Made by a program: the position numbers and the translations under genes. The notes under the pieces were generated by a model. That model saw only the letters and a list, made by a program, of their open reading frames with translations. It made no database searches and was not told the DNA's origin. 42,869 nt of DNA, from the IMG/VR virus record IMGVR_UViG_3300045922_000174; one strand, written 5' to 3'. Positions 15,996 through 27,800 of this stretch are shown in pieces. Source of the DNA: a virus. How positions within the stretch are numbered: position 1 is the stretch's first letter; each line of letters begins with the position of its first letter.

Positions 15996-16695
15996 TATGT
16001 TTCGTCACCTCCACGATATGAGTAAATAAAGAACTCCCGTAAGCCAATGGTCACATTGTCCCCGGCAATATGTCCAGTATGAACCGCATAATTGACATAA
16101 ATCGGGAAGCCGGCTTCTTTGACCTTACGGCAGAACCAAAAATCCTCACCAGCGCTTGGCGGGTGAGTAACCTTGTAATGCGGCGGTTCAATCGCTTGCA
16201 GAACGTCTTTGCGTATCAACACAAAGTGACTACCACAAGCGTCCACTTCCTCAACGACATCTTCTTCGAATATTGGCGGAACCCATGTTTCATCGCTTGG
16301 CTCGTATTTATTCTGCAATGCCACTTCAATCACACGTTCTGAAGCGTGTTTGAACGAGTAGTAGGCATCGCCATTCTCGTCCACCCTGTCCAGTGTTCCT
16401 GCAAACGGAACGGTTGGAAATCGTCTCTGATAAACAACGGCACTGACCACAGGAAGATTGAGGTGTACCAAACGCTTCAGCGCGTCAGGATGCCACGATG
16501 CGTCTGAATCGTGCATCAGCAGGAAGTCAAAATCGTTTTCTAACGCATATTCAACGATTTTATTTCTAGCAATATCAATGGGAAGACCGCGCACACAATA
16601 CCAGAAAGTAGGAAAATCCGTAGCAATTCCCCACAATGACCTGACATAATCAAGGGGAAAGTCTCGTGTCGTTGGAACACCAAGCATGACACGCA
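15995..16695 (-). CDS. GT-A fold glycosyltransferase (family 2-like)
   Basis: ATG at 16695 (MRVMLGVPTTRDF...) after GGAGGTG. LLMHDSDASW supplies a DxD motif. EDFWFCRKVKEAGFPIYVNYAVHTGH resembles the C-terminal ED...F..R....G signature of GT2 enzymes. Confidence 0.7.
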
Positions 16696-16756
16696 TAAAC
16701 ACCTCCCAATCGGTTGGGCAGGTCGGGGGGCGCGACCTGCCCAACCATACCAGTAA

Positions 16757-17149
16757 TTAACTCCAGTTGGTTTTGCGGGTGTACTCGAAGCCCGGGTTGG
16801 GAACGATGCCCGCATAGACACCGGTGTAATTCTTGGTTGTAGCAGTTACCACCAGCTCAATCTTGACATAGTTCTTGCCCGGCTTGACCGGAAACGGCAC
16901 AATAAACTCCGCACCGCCCTTGACCGTTTTAGAAGGCCCGGTCGAGACCAGCTGGTAAGTTGTGCCGTCTTCGGAGATGTACACGCGCGGTTGCATGGTG
17001 TCGTCGGATGCGTGGGCATCGGCTACGACAACACGTGCGGCTAACCCGGCACGAATGCCACCATACACCAGAAGTGCCGGAGAAGACACGTTCTGGGTAA
17101 CGGTTGCATTCTCCAAGACCATTAAATCTTTATCGAACACATAGGTCAT
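16757..17149 (-). CDS. Head-associated protein (possible capsid decoration / auxiliary protein)
   Basis: 130 aa, immediately downstream of the major capsid gene. RBS is GGAGGTG and the composition is beta-rich. Confidence 0.5.
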   Translation of the reverse strand: MTYVFDKDLMVLENATVTQNVSSPALLVYGGIRAGLAARVVVADAHASDDTMQPRVYISEDGTTYQLVSTGPSKTVKGGAEFIVPFPVKPGKNYVKIELVVTATTKNYTGVYAGIVPNPGFEYTRKTNWS

Positions 17150-17160
17150 GGTGTCACCTC

Positions 17161-18165
17161 CTATTCAGTCCATCCGGCAAGGTTCTTCAGGTTGCGGACG
17201 CGGACAATGCCATATCGCCCGAAACTTGCAATGCCGTTCCACCAGTCAATGCGCATCATCTTGGCAGGACGTGCCTCCATCTCACCGCCATTCAGCGGGT
17301 CGTAGGGGTCGAACTGGTTCTTCTGAATACCATACACACCGTCTTCGGTGTTGATGGATATTAGATAGAAACTCATGGCAACGTTGGATGCCGTGCCATC
17401 GGGTTCGTTTTCGGGAATAATCTCGGTGGTTCGGTCTTGCAGTAAGCCAACGTCAATGAACTTGACACCGCGATAACTCACCTCTTCGCGCCCGTAATTG
17501 TCACGGGTTACATCCAGATAGTTGCCGTAGCCCTGTAGGAGTGCCAAAACCCGTGAGAAACCGATGATGAACGATTCGTTGCACAGGATGGCATTGACAT
17601 TCCCCTTATTGCAGTATCGCCAAGCCATGTTGAAGGTGTTGATGAATTTGCGCGCATTGGCGGCACTTACAGTTGGGTTAAGCGCGGCGGCTGAAGAGCC
17701 ACCAAGCCAGATGGTTTGACGCGATGGCATAGCCGCCACACGCTTTTTCAAACCGTTGAAGCCTTTCGGGTCAACCGCAACGTCACCGTTAATCAGGTAA
17801 TTGTTCCACGTGATTGCCATGCTTTCCAAACGCCCATCCACTTGCGTTTTGATGGGGTCAACGACGACGTTGCTCAAACCTTCAAGGACTTTATCGAACA
17901 CAATATCCCCACCGAAGCCGTAGAGATGCTCGAACCCGTCGCCAAGTTGTCCATCTTGTGCGGCAGGATAACCCTCGTTCACCATACGGAACGCACCACC
18001 AGTGGGTAATTTCTCCCACCATAAGGCGCGCACCTCCAGTGCCGACACGTTCTCGAAGGGAAGCAGTTCCCATAGTTTCACGTGCCGGAGGAGTTGCATC
18101 CCGATATACTTCTTAAGGGGGTCTTTCTCAAGTTGCGCTACTTGCGCTAACGTGATACCCGCCAT
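17161..18165 (-). CDS. Major capsid protein (HK97-fold type)
   Basis: 334 aa with RBS AGGAGG, positioned directly after a scaffold-like gene. The N-terminus MAGITLAQVAQLEKDPLKKY... and the overall pattern fit phage major capsid families. Confidence 0.75.
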   Translation of the reverse strand: MAGITLAQVAQLEKDPLKKYIGMQLLRHVKLWELLPFENVSALEVRALWWEKLPTGGAFRMVNEGYPAAQDGQLGDGFEHLYGFGGDIVFDKVLEGLSNVVVDPIKTQVDGRLESMAITWNNYLINGDVAVDPKGFNGLKKRVAAMPSRQTIWLGGSSAAALNPTVSAANARKFINTFNMAWRYCNKGNVNAILCNESFIIGFSRVLALLQGYGNYLDVTRDNYGREEVSYRGVKFIDVGLLQDRTTEIIPENEPDGTASNVAMSFYLISINTEDGVYGIQKNQFDPYDPLNGGEMEARPAKMMRIDWWNGIASFGRYGIVRVRNLKNLAGWTE

Positions 18166-18167
18166 GA

Positions 18168-18839
18168 TTATCTACCTCCTGATTTGATTTTCTGCTTCGC
18201 CAGTTCCCAAATTTGGTCTGGGTGTTTGACACCGGCAAGAGGGTCTGCCGCTGGTTGTGTGCCAACGGTAATCGGCAGCCCGCCTGTCGGCTTTGAAGCG
18301 GAGGTACGTTCTGACTTACTTTGCGCGGCTTTGATGACATTCACCAGTAATTCGGAAGGCGTCTTGGATTGCGCAATGATAGCCGCTTCTGGGTCTGTGT
18401 CGTCAATCGTCACGCCAAAGTGTGTCAGTATCTTGGCAACCGCATCCTGCATCACGTCTTGGGATTGTCCAACCGGTTTTTCCGTCTGCCCACTAGCCGG
18501 AACACTCGATTGGGTTTGTTCCTCTCGTCTTACCTGCTCTTCAGCCTTTTGGCGTAGTTTCTTCTCAACGTCCGGCGTCATTTCCTGCCCAATGTCTCTG
18601 AAAGCAGATGAGAGTTCCTCAAAACGCTGGTTGATACGGTGCATCATTTTGTCACGTGCGCTCTGTTGACGCTTATCGTACTCGCTCAAGGCGTTTGTGA
18701 TGGCGTCTGGTAGAACTTGTTTGACAACTTCTTGCACACGCTGGAGAATAACATCCGCGCCGCCATCCACAGGCTGTTGCTGTGAATGGTTTTCGTTGGG
18801 CTGGGCTCGTCCCACTAGGTCTTGAATATTATCTGTCAT
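18168..18839 (-). CDS. Scaffolding protein (putative)
   Basis: 223 aa, highly charged, helical and Gln-rich, immediately upstream of the major capsid gene. RBS is GGAGGAGG. Confidence 0.55.
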   Translation of the reverse strand: MTDNIQDLVGRAQPNENHSQQQPVDGGADVILQRVQEVVKQVLPDAITNALSEYDKRQQSARDKMMHRINQRFEELSSAFRDIGQEMTPDVEKKLRQKAEEQVRREEQTQSSVPASGQTEKPVGQSQDVMQDAVAKILTHFGVTIDDTDPEAAIIAQSKTPSELLVNVIKAAQSKSERTSASKPTGGLPITVGTQPAADPLAGVKHPDQIWELAKQKIKSGGR

Positions 18840-18876
18840 ACCTCCTCCTAAACTTTATTATAACCATTCTCTACTT

Positions 18877-21800
18877 TTATTCAATAGTTGGCAGAACCGC
18901 ATTGTCAATCCAATCTTCCAGATTGCCCCACGGCTCTCCTAAACTGCGCCAAATGCGTTCGATTTCTAATCGCGCTCCCGGTAATAACGCCTCTCTACGA
19001 TACTTCAATGCGTACAACTGCATAATCAATCCTCTGGAGAAGCGTCTTAACTCGCTTGGCGTCAGATACGGACGCGCCGGCTTCGGCGATACACTTCGTG
19101 ATGTTCCTCCTGTGCCTGTTCCTGTGCTGGTTCTTCCACCTCCTCTTTCTCCTAAAATACTCCGTGCTAAACTTTCGTCTGTCAAAATGTACGGTGCGGC
19201 TTTGGGATATTGCGCCGCGAAATTGCGCTGGAACTCCCAATACTGTTCCAGTTCAGGATGCGCCGCTCTGAATGCACGCCGTTGCTGTTGCGGCAATGCG
19301 AAATAACGCTCCTGCAACTGGAAGATGTCCGGGAATAATTCGTCCCTCATCGCACGGTACATATAAACATACTGCTGAATTTCAGCAGGCAGACCGGCTA
19401 ACCGATTATTCTCGCCAATAACATACGGAATAATCTCTGGGTTTTCAGCAAGATACTTGTTCTGCCAACGAATAAACTCTTCGTTGTTCTCCGGTTGCTT
19501 CTCGAATAAAGCCCGCAAGGGGTCTGTCTGTTGCGGCGTCTCGCTCCGCGGGAACAGTCTATCGCGCTCTTCATAGTACTGCTTCACCTTCGCTCGCACA
19601 TTTTCGGGAAGCCAATTTATCTCCATCTTTGCATCATGGACATTCTCCAATGGCTTTTCCCCTAACGTGTTCGCCCACAGTGCTAACGTATCGGTGTCAA
19701 TACTGCCGTACGAACGTGTCTTCTTATCCAAGAATAACTCGGTGAACTTGTTTCCAGCCATCTGCTTGAACATACGCTGGGAAGCCGGGTCGAGGTCAAG
19801 GTATCGTTCCCAAATTCTCGAAATCAGGAATGCACGCAGTCGGCTTTGCGGGTTTTTCATCGCCATTCGCCGCGCATCATATTCAGGATATTTCTCCCAA
19901 AACTTGTTCACCGCTTGCGTGTCACCCTTTTCCTGCGCCTCATACGCTTTGGTCAATTCGTTCTTCAGCGCACGCATTTCGGCTTCGCCTTCCGGGAAGA
20001 TGTCCAGTGCTACACCAGCACCAAGCATCCGTACGAAACCGGTTTGCGATACGCGCCGTTGTGCTTCTTCGAATGCTTCTCCTTTCCGCTCAATCATGGC
20101 ACGAATGGCGGTCTGCTCATCCAGAAGACCATCCGCAACCATGTTGGATAATTCACGGTCAACACGATAATCTTCCCAACGGTCAATCTTGGGCAAGCCG
20201 GTGGCTGTTCTCACAAGACCTTCGATGTTGATGCCACGCGGGCCCCCAATGCCAAGCGCACCAGTAATGTTCTGGATGGTTCTGGTCAATGGCATTTGAC
20301 CAATGCGTTCCGGTGTTCCCATTGCATACTGATACGCAATGCCAATCGGCAGACTGGGCCCGTAAATGCTGAACAACATATCGGCACTATTGCGATATTC
20401 TCGTTCGGTCTCATTCTCCGCCTGTGCGTACGCTCGCTTCCAGATGGGCGTATTCCGCTTCCGCAAGGCTTCCTGTAATTGCGCATCGGTGATTTCCTCG
20501 TTGTCACGCATCTCTTTCAAGATGCTCTCTGTCTTGCGTATCAGCATGTTGCGCTCTTCGGCGATTTCTACAAACGGTGTCGCCAATTGCAGGAACGGGA
20601 ATATCTGCCTGTATGGGTCAACATATCCATACTGACCCATCCACTCCGGCAGGAACGGCAACGGAATAGGTACTTTCCCTTTCAATCGTTGCGGGAAGCC
20701 ATCCTTTTCCTCGCGGCGGGAAGCCATGCGCATCAGACGGTAGTAATTCGCCAAGATGGACGGCTTGTTCGCCATGCGAAGCAACCAGTTTATCATCGTG
20801 CGGGTGTACCAGAACTGGTATGGGAACACCGCCGATAGCAACGTATCGTAGCCATGCCGTCTGTCGTAATTCAGCAAAGCGAAATCACGGCGGGTTTCAC
20901 CCCAACGGATTGCGCCCATTCGAGTATCCGCAAGATTGGAGTACACACCACCCAAGTATCGCCATAAATTGTCTTCGGTCTCTTTCGGAATGCGGACGCC
21001 GCCGGCTTTCTCTGGACTGAACGCATCCAATGCCCGGTTTTTGGCTCTGTCCAGAATTGGCAACACATCTCGCAATGTGCCTTCCAGCATCGCATCACGC
21101 ATGGGCGCGTCTCTCATGCTATCGTATGTGCCTAATGGCGCGCCGACTGCATCGGCTACTCTTGGCTGTTCTCCGGCTGGTTGCTCTCCGGTTGGCTGTT
21201 CTCCAACGGGTTCTCCAACGGGTTGTTCTCTGACTGGTTGCTCTCCGAAGAGTTCGGTGATGGGTTCTCCGGCTGGCTCTGGCTGTCTTCCAGCGGTACT
21301 GTCCATGACCTCACCAACGGGCGCAACGGGGGCAGTTTCTGCGGGTGGTTCTGTGACGGTTCGTGCTGTTTCTCTTGGTACATCTTGTATCACCTCAAAT
21401 CGCACATTGTTTCTGGATGCCGCCGCATCGAACAAATCTTGCTTGCTTATCCTGCCAACGTCAAACATGGTCATCTGGTTTGCTGGCGGCTGTTTCAATG
21501 CCATGTCTACATACGTGCGGATAACCGCATCCAGCTTGCGTGTCTCACGTCCAACATCGTCAATCATCTTGACTAAACTGCGCTGAAAGCCGGTCAGGTC
21601 ATCGGTTGGGAACAACGTGGCTTGGCTCAAAAATTCCTTGACGGACATGCCCTGTTGCTTCAGTCTGGCTATCACGTCCACCGCGGCACTCAAATCATTG
21701 GCAATGCTGTATTCTGGTGAGACCACACCCATCCCGATTTGCGCTTCCAAATTCGCCATTGCTGGAAGCGTGCGGAATAACACGCTTTGCAGGGAACGGA

Positions 21801-24800
21801 TGCTCACGTCTAGACTTTCGGAGAATGCGGTAATCAATCTCGCGCCGGCTTCATTGGCATAAACCCGCGCAAACATGGCATTGATGATGCGCTGGGCTCC
21901 AACAGAAGACAATCTGCCGCTTGCGTCCATCATCGAAGCGCGTTCGTTGGCTGGCAACTGTTGAACGAAACTGCGCACAAAATCGGCATTCTTCGAGGAT
22001 GCGATAATCGGGACAACCTCATTGACGTTCTCCGGGAATTGGATATTCTTCAATGCTTCGTCACTGATAAATTTCGCATCCTGTAATGCCTTTTCGGCAG
22101 GTGACATTGCCATCACCGCGATTTGATTGGCTTCACGTGCAAATGCCGCCCGGTCAACGTCATCTTTTCGTACTCGAACCAATATCGGATTTTCTATTCC
22201 GCTGATGTCTATGCCTAGCTCTTGGGCGCGCATTGCCAAAGCATTTTGATACTGTTGCCATTTATCAGGATAATTCTCCTTTGCAAAGCGTAATGCCATT
22301 GCACGTCCGTTCCCGCTCTCAACAACGAAATCGGGCCCGACAATTATGGGGCCCCGGTCAATATATGGACTGTCATTCAGCAATTCGCCTGGGCTTAATT
22401 CGGACGCAATGCGATTAACTTGGTCACGGCTTGCGGCGCGTCCACGAACACGCGGTTGCAGTTCGCTGGGATACGCTGGATTTTCGCTGAAATTATCCAG
22501 ATGGCTGATGACCAACTGGTCAAGCGGGACAACCTGATATTCAAAGTGATACACCTTATTCACGTCTTGACCACGTGCCGTAGTCAGCCGCGATGCCTGT
22601 TCTGGTTGTGGAACTTCCTGCCGCAACACCGGCACTTCAGGTTGGCTCATCAGGTCATGAACGTATGTGGCGTTCTCAAATTCCTTGTCAACCTTTGTCT
22701 TGGGCAGTCCATACGGTTCTTCAGACAACCACTTGTCGAACACCGAACGGATGTTTTCGTCCAGTACAATCGGTTCTCCTCCCGATATGATGTTGCGAAT
22801 GCTCTTGTAAATATCCAGTAGCCATCGTTTGAACTTCTCAAAGATAGACTTCATGCGATGATTGGGTGCTTTCCCTTCGGCAAGATATTTCTCGAATGCC
22901 GTTGCAAATAATTCTTTCTCTCTTCGATGGGTGCGCGTGCCATACTGCCATCCTTCGGGAAGGTCTTCAATCTGGTAGACGCTTTTCAACCAGCGTTCGA
23001 CTGCGGCAATATCGTCCTTTGGAAGCATGGTCAGGAACGAGTGCGCCGTTTCGTGGACGAGTGTAGAAATGTCTCCACTTTGCTTGAAGATGGTAATCAA
23101 CGCCTTACCATCTTTCATGAATTGCGTCATACCTTTGGGAATGTCCTCGTCTGCCGGTCTTCTGCTGAAGAGTGGCTGTCCTTCCAGCACGCTCCTGCGC
23201 ATGGCATCGGTAATGGGGACGAACAGGAACTCGTTTGGTTCTCCCGGCAAATACATTGCTTCTGGCTCAACGCCCCATTTCTTCACATAGTCTTCGATTT
23301 TACGCGGCAGAATTTCATCGTAGAACTTCTTCAATCCACCGTGCGTAGTGTCGTAGGAAAGCCGGTTGAATGTTATGTTGCCTTCTTTCAAGAGACGATT
23401 GATATGTTCCAGCGAAAATTCTCCATCCACAAGTGATTTATTTAGCCTGTCATGCAAGACTTGTGCGGCATTTTCCACTGGAAGACGAACATATTCACTG
23501 AAAAGATACTCGTATCCTTCATCAGGTGTGTACACGTAGTATTCCAGTTTGTGAAAACCGTCCCCTGTGTTCCGTATTTCAATTTTCTCTATTGGAACGG
23601 CATATCTTCTGGTATGAATATCACCGCTTGCTATAAGAATGCCATCCATTTTCCGTTCGGCGGCGTAGTGAAGCATCCGCTTGAACACCAAAATATCCCA
23701 TTTCTTCGCAAATGGCATTTCTTGGTAGCCAAATTCTCGCAATATCTTATCTGCCATTTGCGGTGATGTTTTTGTTTCTTTATCCGCTTCGAACTGTTTT
23801 TGCTTTTGACGTAGCTCTTCGAAGAAGTCACTTTGGATTTCATCCACGTAAAGTACGCGCTCGCCGGTGTCTAATGTCAGTTCTTTGGTTCGTGCATGGG
23901 CAACTATGCCGTAATCTTCAAAATGCGTAGAACGATAAATAGCAGTTCTCGCATCTGGCATTTTTTCTTTTTCATAAGTTATCTTGAAAATATTATCTGG
24001 CTTTTCCGAACTTCGAAATCTCAATTCGACTTTTCCATCCGGTTCGACTTTGTAGTCTATTAAGTTTTCCAAACCATAAACTCTGAATGTGTCATAAATG
24101 TTAAGTTTCAAACTATGAACATCCAACGTTTTTGTTATATCGGGCATACCTGCTCTTTCAATGCGAATAGTTCCCCGATAGGCGTCTCTCATTGTTATAG
24201 GTACAAGCACGAACTCACGATAATTTTTACCACTGCCATATTTCAATTCGGAGAATTTTGGCATGTACTGTTCATATTTTGTTCGTCCCAATCCCATCTG
24301 TTCTTCTAACAATCTTTTCCAGACAGTGGGTCTTTCTTCTCTAAATTGAGGATTTTTCTCCTTCAGAGACCGCATAATGTCGTCCACTTTCAGGACTAAC
24401 TTTTCTAAATTTTTCCTCGTCAACCCCTCTATTTTTGTCAATGTAGCCAATTCGACAGAGTTTCTTTGCAGATACTCCATCAGCTCTGCTTTTGTGACGT
24501 AATCTTTTCGGGCAATATATTCGTCCAATCCCGTCCAAAGCATTTCTTCTCGTGACAGACCACGCTTTTTGAGATAACCCAAGAATTGCCCGCTGGACAT
24601 GCGCTCCTGCGGCATGGTCTCCACTGCCCTGAAAGTCGGAGAATAGTACCAGCTCGCCGGCTCATCCGGCGATTTTCTACGCTGGAACAACGGCAAACCC
24701 TCTTCTACGCTGTGTCTCATTTCCCACGTGATGGGGATTTTTGTCAGGTCAACCTTGCCCAACTTTTCCGTTTTTACGGTTTCTGTTTCGGGAACAACAT

Positions 24801-27800
24801 TCCATTTTTTGAATAACTTTGTAGCCACACTCTGGACAACTTTGTCGTAGAAATAGACCAGACCGGGATTTTCTGTAATGACAACGCCATTATCCTTTGG
24901 TAGTTTTATTGTGACAGTCAGATAATTGAAGTAGTCCGCTTTTCCTTCCGTATATTTTCCGCTTTGTAATTGTTTGACCAATGCGTCTAAAATCTGGTCA
25001 ATCATGTGTTCGTGCGGAATGTATTCTTTCAGCTGGTTTTTGAGGAAGGCGCGATGTTCAGGATTGTTGACCAGCGTGATTGCCGTGTTCGTTTCCGGGT
25101 CAGAAGGTAAGTAATTAACCCTTCCGTATCCGAATATTCCTTTGGAATAGTCATCATCCACAAGAAGTTGGTACAGATACGGCGCATTTTTGGCAATCAT
25201 TATTTCTATTTTTTCGGGTGATTTCTTTGTGTTGTAATACAAAGCGGCGTTCATTACGCCGGACGGAAGGATAAAGTAGTCTGCATCAGTGGCTTTAACG
25301 GCATAGTGCAACGCTCTTTTGAGACCAAGCTCAACCCATTTCTTGGTATCGCTGAATGGAAAATCATTTACAAAGTTTCTAAAATACCTTTCAGGGTCGT
25401 AATATAAATCTGATTCATCCGCAAAGAAAAGAACTTTTTTCCCATATATAACATAGGTGAAATCTTTTTTTTGTTCGAGATATGAAATTATCTCGTCCGG
25501 GTTTTCCTTGAAACGTTCCACAAGCCATCCTGCAGCTTGTCTACCTGTTTTGATGCCGTTATAGTATATATCGTATAACGCCACTTCAGGCTCTCGTGGT
25601 AATGCATAGTCGTCAATCGTTTTCTCAAAATGCAACTGGAAACTAAATTTGGTGGGGTCAAGTCGCTCAACACGCTGTGGTAACCCGTCTTCTGCATTGA
25701 CAAATTCCAATTTTTTCGCTTGGAATAAATCGCTTTGAATTTCCTCTGCAAAGAACGCTTTTTTGCCGTTCTTCGTTCGGATTTTCCCTCCGCGTACGTG
25801 CAAGAACGGGAGTGGTTCATTCTTATCGAGAAGTCTGTCTGCCCAATAACCCGCTTTTCTCCAATGAGTTCCTGCCACATCCGACCAGGCGTGTCTAAAA
25901 TTAATATTCAATTGTGCTGATGCTAAAAGCTCTCTGTCTACATAGACTTCAATGCTTCTTCCGTCTTTGGATGTTCTCCATTCGACATCCAGTTTTTCTC
26001 CATGCAAGCGCGCCCAACGTTCTTTTTGGCGTACGGCTGTCCGTAAAAGTTCAAGTGCTTCTAATTTCGTGACATCGTACGGGTTGTCTGCAAATACCCT
26101 TGCGTCACCGGCTACAGACCACGTTCTTCCTTGATGCTCATTGAGTAACAGTAACTCAACGTAATCCCCACCCGATTGCGCAACATAACTATACTCACCG
26201 TATATGGGCTTTCCGCTTTGTTCAATGTCTGCGATTTTCTCTTTCTCTCTGCCAAAGCGTTTGGCACGGTTATAAAGCGTTTTGACGTCCGGGTATCTAT
26301 ATTCAATTTCTTGCCGCAACCATCCACGCGTGAGGATGTCATTGTCATCGAACAGGTCAAAAACTCCAGACCAGTAAATTTCGTTCTCGCTGACACCGCG
26401 CCCAAGTAAATATCGTTTCCACTCACCGATTGTCGCTTTATTGACGCGCGCCTTGTCAATCTCCTCCAATAACTTGGATGAATACCACTTATTGCCAACA
26501 CGCTGGAATAATGGCTGACCCGCAAGTAAGTCATCTATCATCCGTGGTTCATCTACATCAAGCACCCACGCCCCGGGCTCCCATAAAAACGGAAGGGCAT
26601 CTTCTTTGTATTGGAACGCCTTGCCCCACTTCTTCAGGTACTTGTTGGCAGTGGCAATCAATCGTTCATCATAGAACTTTCCAACACCAGCATTGGCGGT
26701 TTTCAGCATCTCTTTGTCAACGTCTATGAGAATTTGTCCTTCATCGGCTTTTTGCATAACATGCTCTGTTAATTTTTCGCCGATATAACTTGGCAATTCC
26801 CTGTAAGTATTTACTCTTTCTATTTCGTTCTTTCCTTCTGTTGGATAGATTAGCAACGTAACTGATTTTGTAAAGTCTGGTTTTCCTGTTCCGTCATCTT
26901 CAAATGTAACTTGTAGTCTTTCAATCCCCTTTGATAAATCCCATCGCTCCTCATGAACTTTGCCCGGAGAAATAGCAATCATGCTGTACCCTTCTTCAAT
27001 TGCATAACGCAACATTCTCTTTATAGCCAATTCATCCCAATTCTTGCTGAAAGGAGCCGGCGGTACTTTATTTTCAACTTGCGCTATCCATAATGCGGCA
27101 TATCTTGGCAGTATTCCAGTTTCTTGGTATCTCTCAAAATCACCGCTGTCAATTTGTGTAATCGCTAACCCTCGTTTGTCGAGAATGGCATAAATGCGTT
27201 TTTCTCCTAATGTATCGCCTGTATCTACAATTTTATAGCCTTCCGGCAAAGTTCTATCGAGCTCCCCAAAATAACCATACCTCCGCCCTGCTTGATGCCA
27301 ATCACTTTGAATCTCGTCTATGTATAAAATCGTACGTCCTGCATGTTGAAAACCCGTATAACGAACGTGAACAATCGGATTGAGTTCAGACCAATGCGGA
27401 CTTTGATAAACATAATTACCAAGTATAAAATTTCGTATTGCTTCATGAGGCGTCTTGTCCACCTCATAAACCGTGCCATAATATTTATCTCGAATGGCGT
27501 ATCCCCCTTTAAGTACATTATCAGGCACTAACTCGACATCTGGCGGAAGAGAATCAGTGTAATACAATGGCAATTGTAGTAAAAGCTCATTATATCCAAG
27601 AAATTTTTCACGTAAATCAGCAGAGTCTTTTCCTCTCCTTATTGTTTCCCTATAAGTACTATATAGTTCGTATTTAGGAAAATATTTTCTCCGTATAGAG
27701 AAGTCCTTTACGCTCATTACTTGTGTGGCTTCCGTTTCAAGATAATCAATCAAATCTTGTTTCGTCACCACCTCATTGCCTTTGCTGGCAAGATAATTCG

